In this document: in pieces, positions 55,016-56,069 of the stretch
Layout of the letters: each line of letters begins with the position of its first letter
Position numbering within the stretch: position 1 is the stretch's first letter
Origin: Gemmatimonadales bacterium
GTDB taxonomy: Bacteria > Gemmatimonadota > Gemmatimonadetes > Gemmatimonadales > GWC2-71-9
Reading direction: 5' to 3'
Length of the DNA stretch: 56,069 bases
NCBI GenBank assembly: GCA_025928645.1
Contig: JAICJD010000003.1
Span: 1 to 56,069 of the forward strand
Notes under the pieces: generated by a model
The model's database searches: none
What the model was told of the DNA's origin: nothing
The model's input: the letters and a program-made list of their open reading frames with translations, nothing else
Position numbers and translations under genes: made by a program

Positions 55016-55653
55016 CACGCGCCCCGGTCGCGCGGGGCGAGCGAGCGGAGCACCTCGGGCAGCTCGCGGAGCGACCCGAGGTACGCGCTGGCACCGGGCA
55101 ACGCCTCGCGGCGGTGGGTCGTGAGCATGGCGACCACGCGCATACCCGCGGCCAGGCCCGATTCGACGCCGGCGGGCGCGTCCTCCAGCACGACGCAGGC
55201 GCGCGGCTCCACGCCCAGGACCCGGGCACCCACGAGGTATGGCTCGGGGTCGGGCTTGCCCCGGGTCCAGCACTCGGGCGTCACGAGGAAGCCGGGACGC
55301 GGGAGCCCCGCCGCCCGGAGTCGAGCGGTGGCCAGCCGCTCGGGGCCGGAGGTCACCACGGCGAGACGGCGCGCGGACGCCAGCAGCTCGTGCGCCCCGT
55401 CGAAGGCCGCCACGCCCTCGGTACGCTCCGCCTGGCGGTCGTCGAGCAGGGCTCCCTCGCGGGCGGGGTCGAGTTGCGGGGCGAGCATCGCGGCGGCATC
55501 CGTGCTGGTGCGGCCGAAAGGCAGCCGGTCCACCACGTCCGGCGGCAGCCCCCGCAGCTCGGCCCACCAGCGGAACGCCGCGATCACCGACCGGGTCGAG
55601 TCGATGAGCGTGCCGTCGAGGTCCGAGAGGATCGGAATGTCGGGAAGGTCCAT
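55015..55653 (-). CDS. HAD-family sugar phosphatase
   Basis: DLDGTL, VTSG, GKPDPEPY, EDAPAG. TGATG overlap with the ROK gene. Confidence 0.88.
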   Translation of the reverse strand: MDLPDIPILSDLDGTLIDSTRSVIAAFRWWAELRGLPPDVVDRLPFGRTSTDAAAMLAPQLDPAREGALLDDRQAERTEGVAAFDGAHELLASARRLAVVTSGPERLATARLRAAGLPRPGFLVTPECWTRGKPDPEPYLVGARVLGVEPRACVVLEDAPAGVESGLAAGMRVVAMLTTHRREALPGASAYLGSLRELPEVLRSLAPRDRGA

Positions 55654-55812
55654 GACGACCGGATGATAGCCGGAGCGGTCGGTCGCGGCAGCCGGCATTG
55701 GTGATCCCGGTCGCCGCAGCCCGGAGCGCAACCGCCTAACGTGGGCGGGCTTCGGGCGGTACACCAGGGACGGCGCCGCGGGCGACCGCGCGCCCAGCGG
55801 AAGGAGGACGTC

Positions 55813-56069
55813 ATGCTGCGGCAGGACCCGGAATGGGTGATCTGGCCGGTGTCGTGGAGCGCGGTCTGGGTCGGCGCGCTCACCGCGCTCGCCGTCGGGT
55901 TGCTGATCGGACTCGTCGGACTGGCGCTCGGCGCCAACGAGGCTGCGCAGTACGTGGACTGGAAGAAGATCCACCTGATCGGGCTCATCTTCTCGGTGTG
56001 CGGCGCGTTCTTCGGGTATGTGGCGGGCGGCTGGGCGGCGGCGCGGATCGCCGGGCGGGTCCGGTCGGA
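55813..56069 (+). CDS. Membrane protein, 3'-truncated by window edge
   Basis: AAGGAGG RBS; MLRQDPEWVIWPVSWSAVWVGALT... with TM segments; open to the end of the window. Confidence 0.75.
   Translation, partial: MLRQDPEWVIWPVSWSAVWVGALTALAVGLLIGLVGLALGANEAAQYVDWKKIHLIGLIFSVCGAFFGYVAGGWAAARIAGRVRS

Noticed and set aside
1-56069. tRNA, rRNA, transposase, integrase or prophage genes
   Set aside because: None recognisable by eye. A tRNAscan-SE or Infernal run would be needed to exclude small RNAs.

Overview
A very GC-rich, gene-dense bacterial window. Gene content suggests Gemmatimonadota; this is an inference. From left to right it holds: (1) a C1-metabolism island with pabB-pabA-DUF447-mptG (pABA/methanopterin precursors), then a sigma70 promoter, a ~690-nt leader and a lanthanide-type methanol dehydrogenase operon (xoxF, xoxJ, cytochrome c, pentapeptide protein, YVTN propeller, two secreted JAMM/MPN+-like paralogs); (2) a minus-strand operon headed by a UGA-recoded SelW/Rdx selenoprotein that the ORF track misses (selW-pfkA-prolyl oligopeptidase-DoxX); (3) housekeeping and envelope genes: OmpA, YyaL, UvrD with an internal DEDDh exonuclease, cyclophilin, PLD, two ECF sigma/anti-sigma modules, TolC-MacAB, cytochrome b-molybdoenzyme, fabH, yggX; (4) a prephenate dehydratase-DAHP synthase fusion behind a W-F-F-Y-F leader-peptide attenuator; (5) the strongest lead, a translationally coupled minus-strand operon (47463-52934). 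Its first gene looks like a PmoC-PmoA fusion carrying both CuC-like and CuD-like ligand motifs, and its second gene has PmoB-like architecture, so it is a candidate highly divergent copper membrane monooxygenase-like system, followed by two flavoenzymes. Intergenic DNA carries at least three repeat families, including mosaic palindromic arrays of ~90-bp units. I saw no rRNA, tRNA, CRISPR array or transposase. All homology calls come from motif recognition by eye, without database searches.
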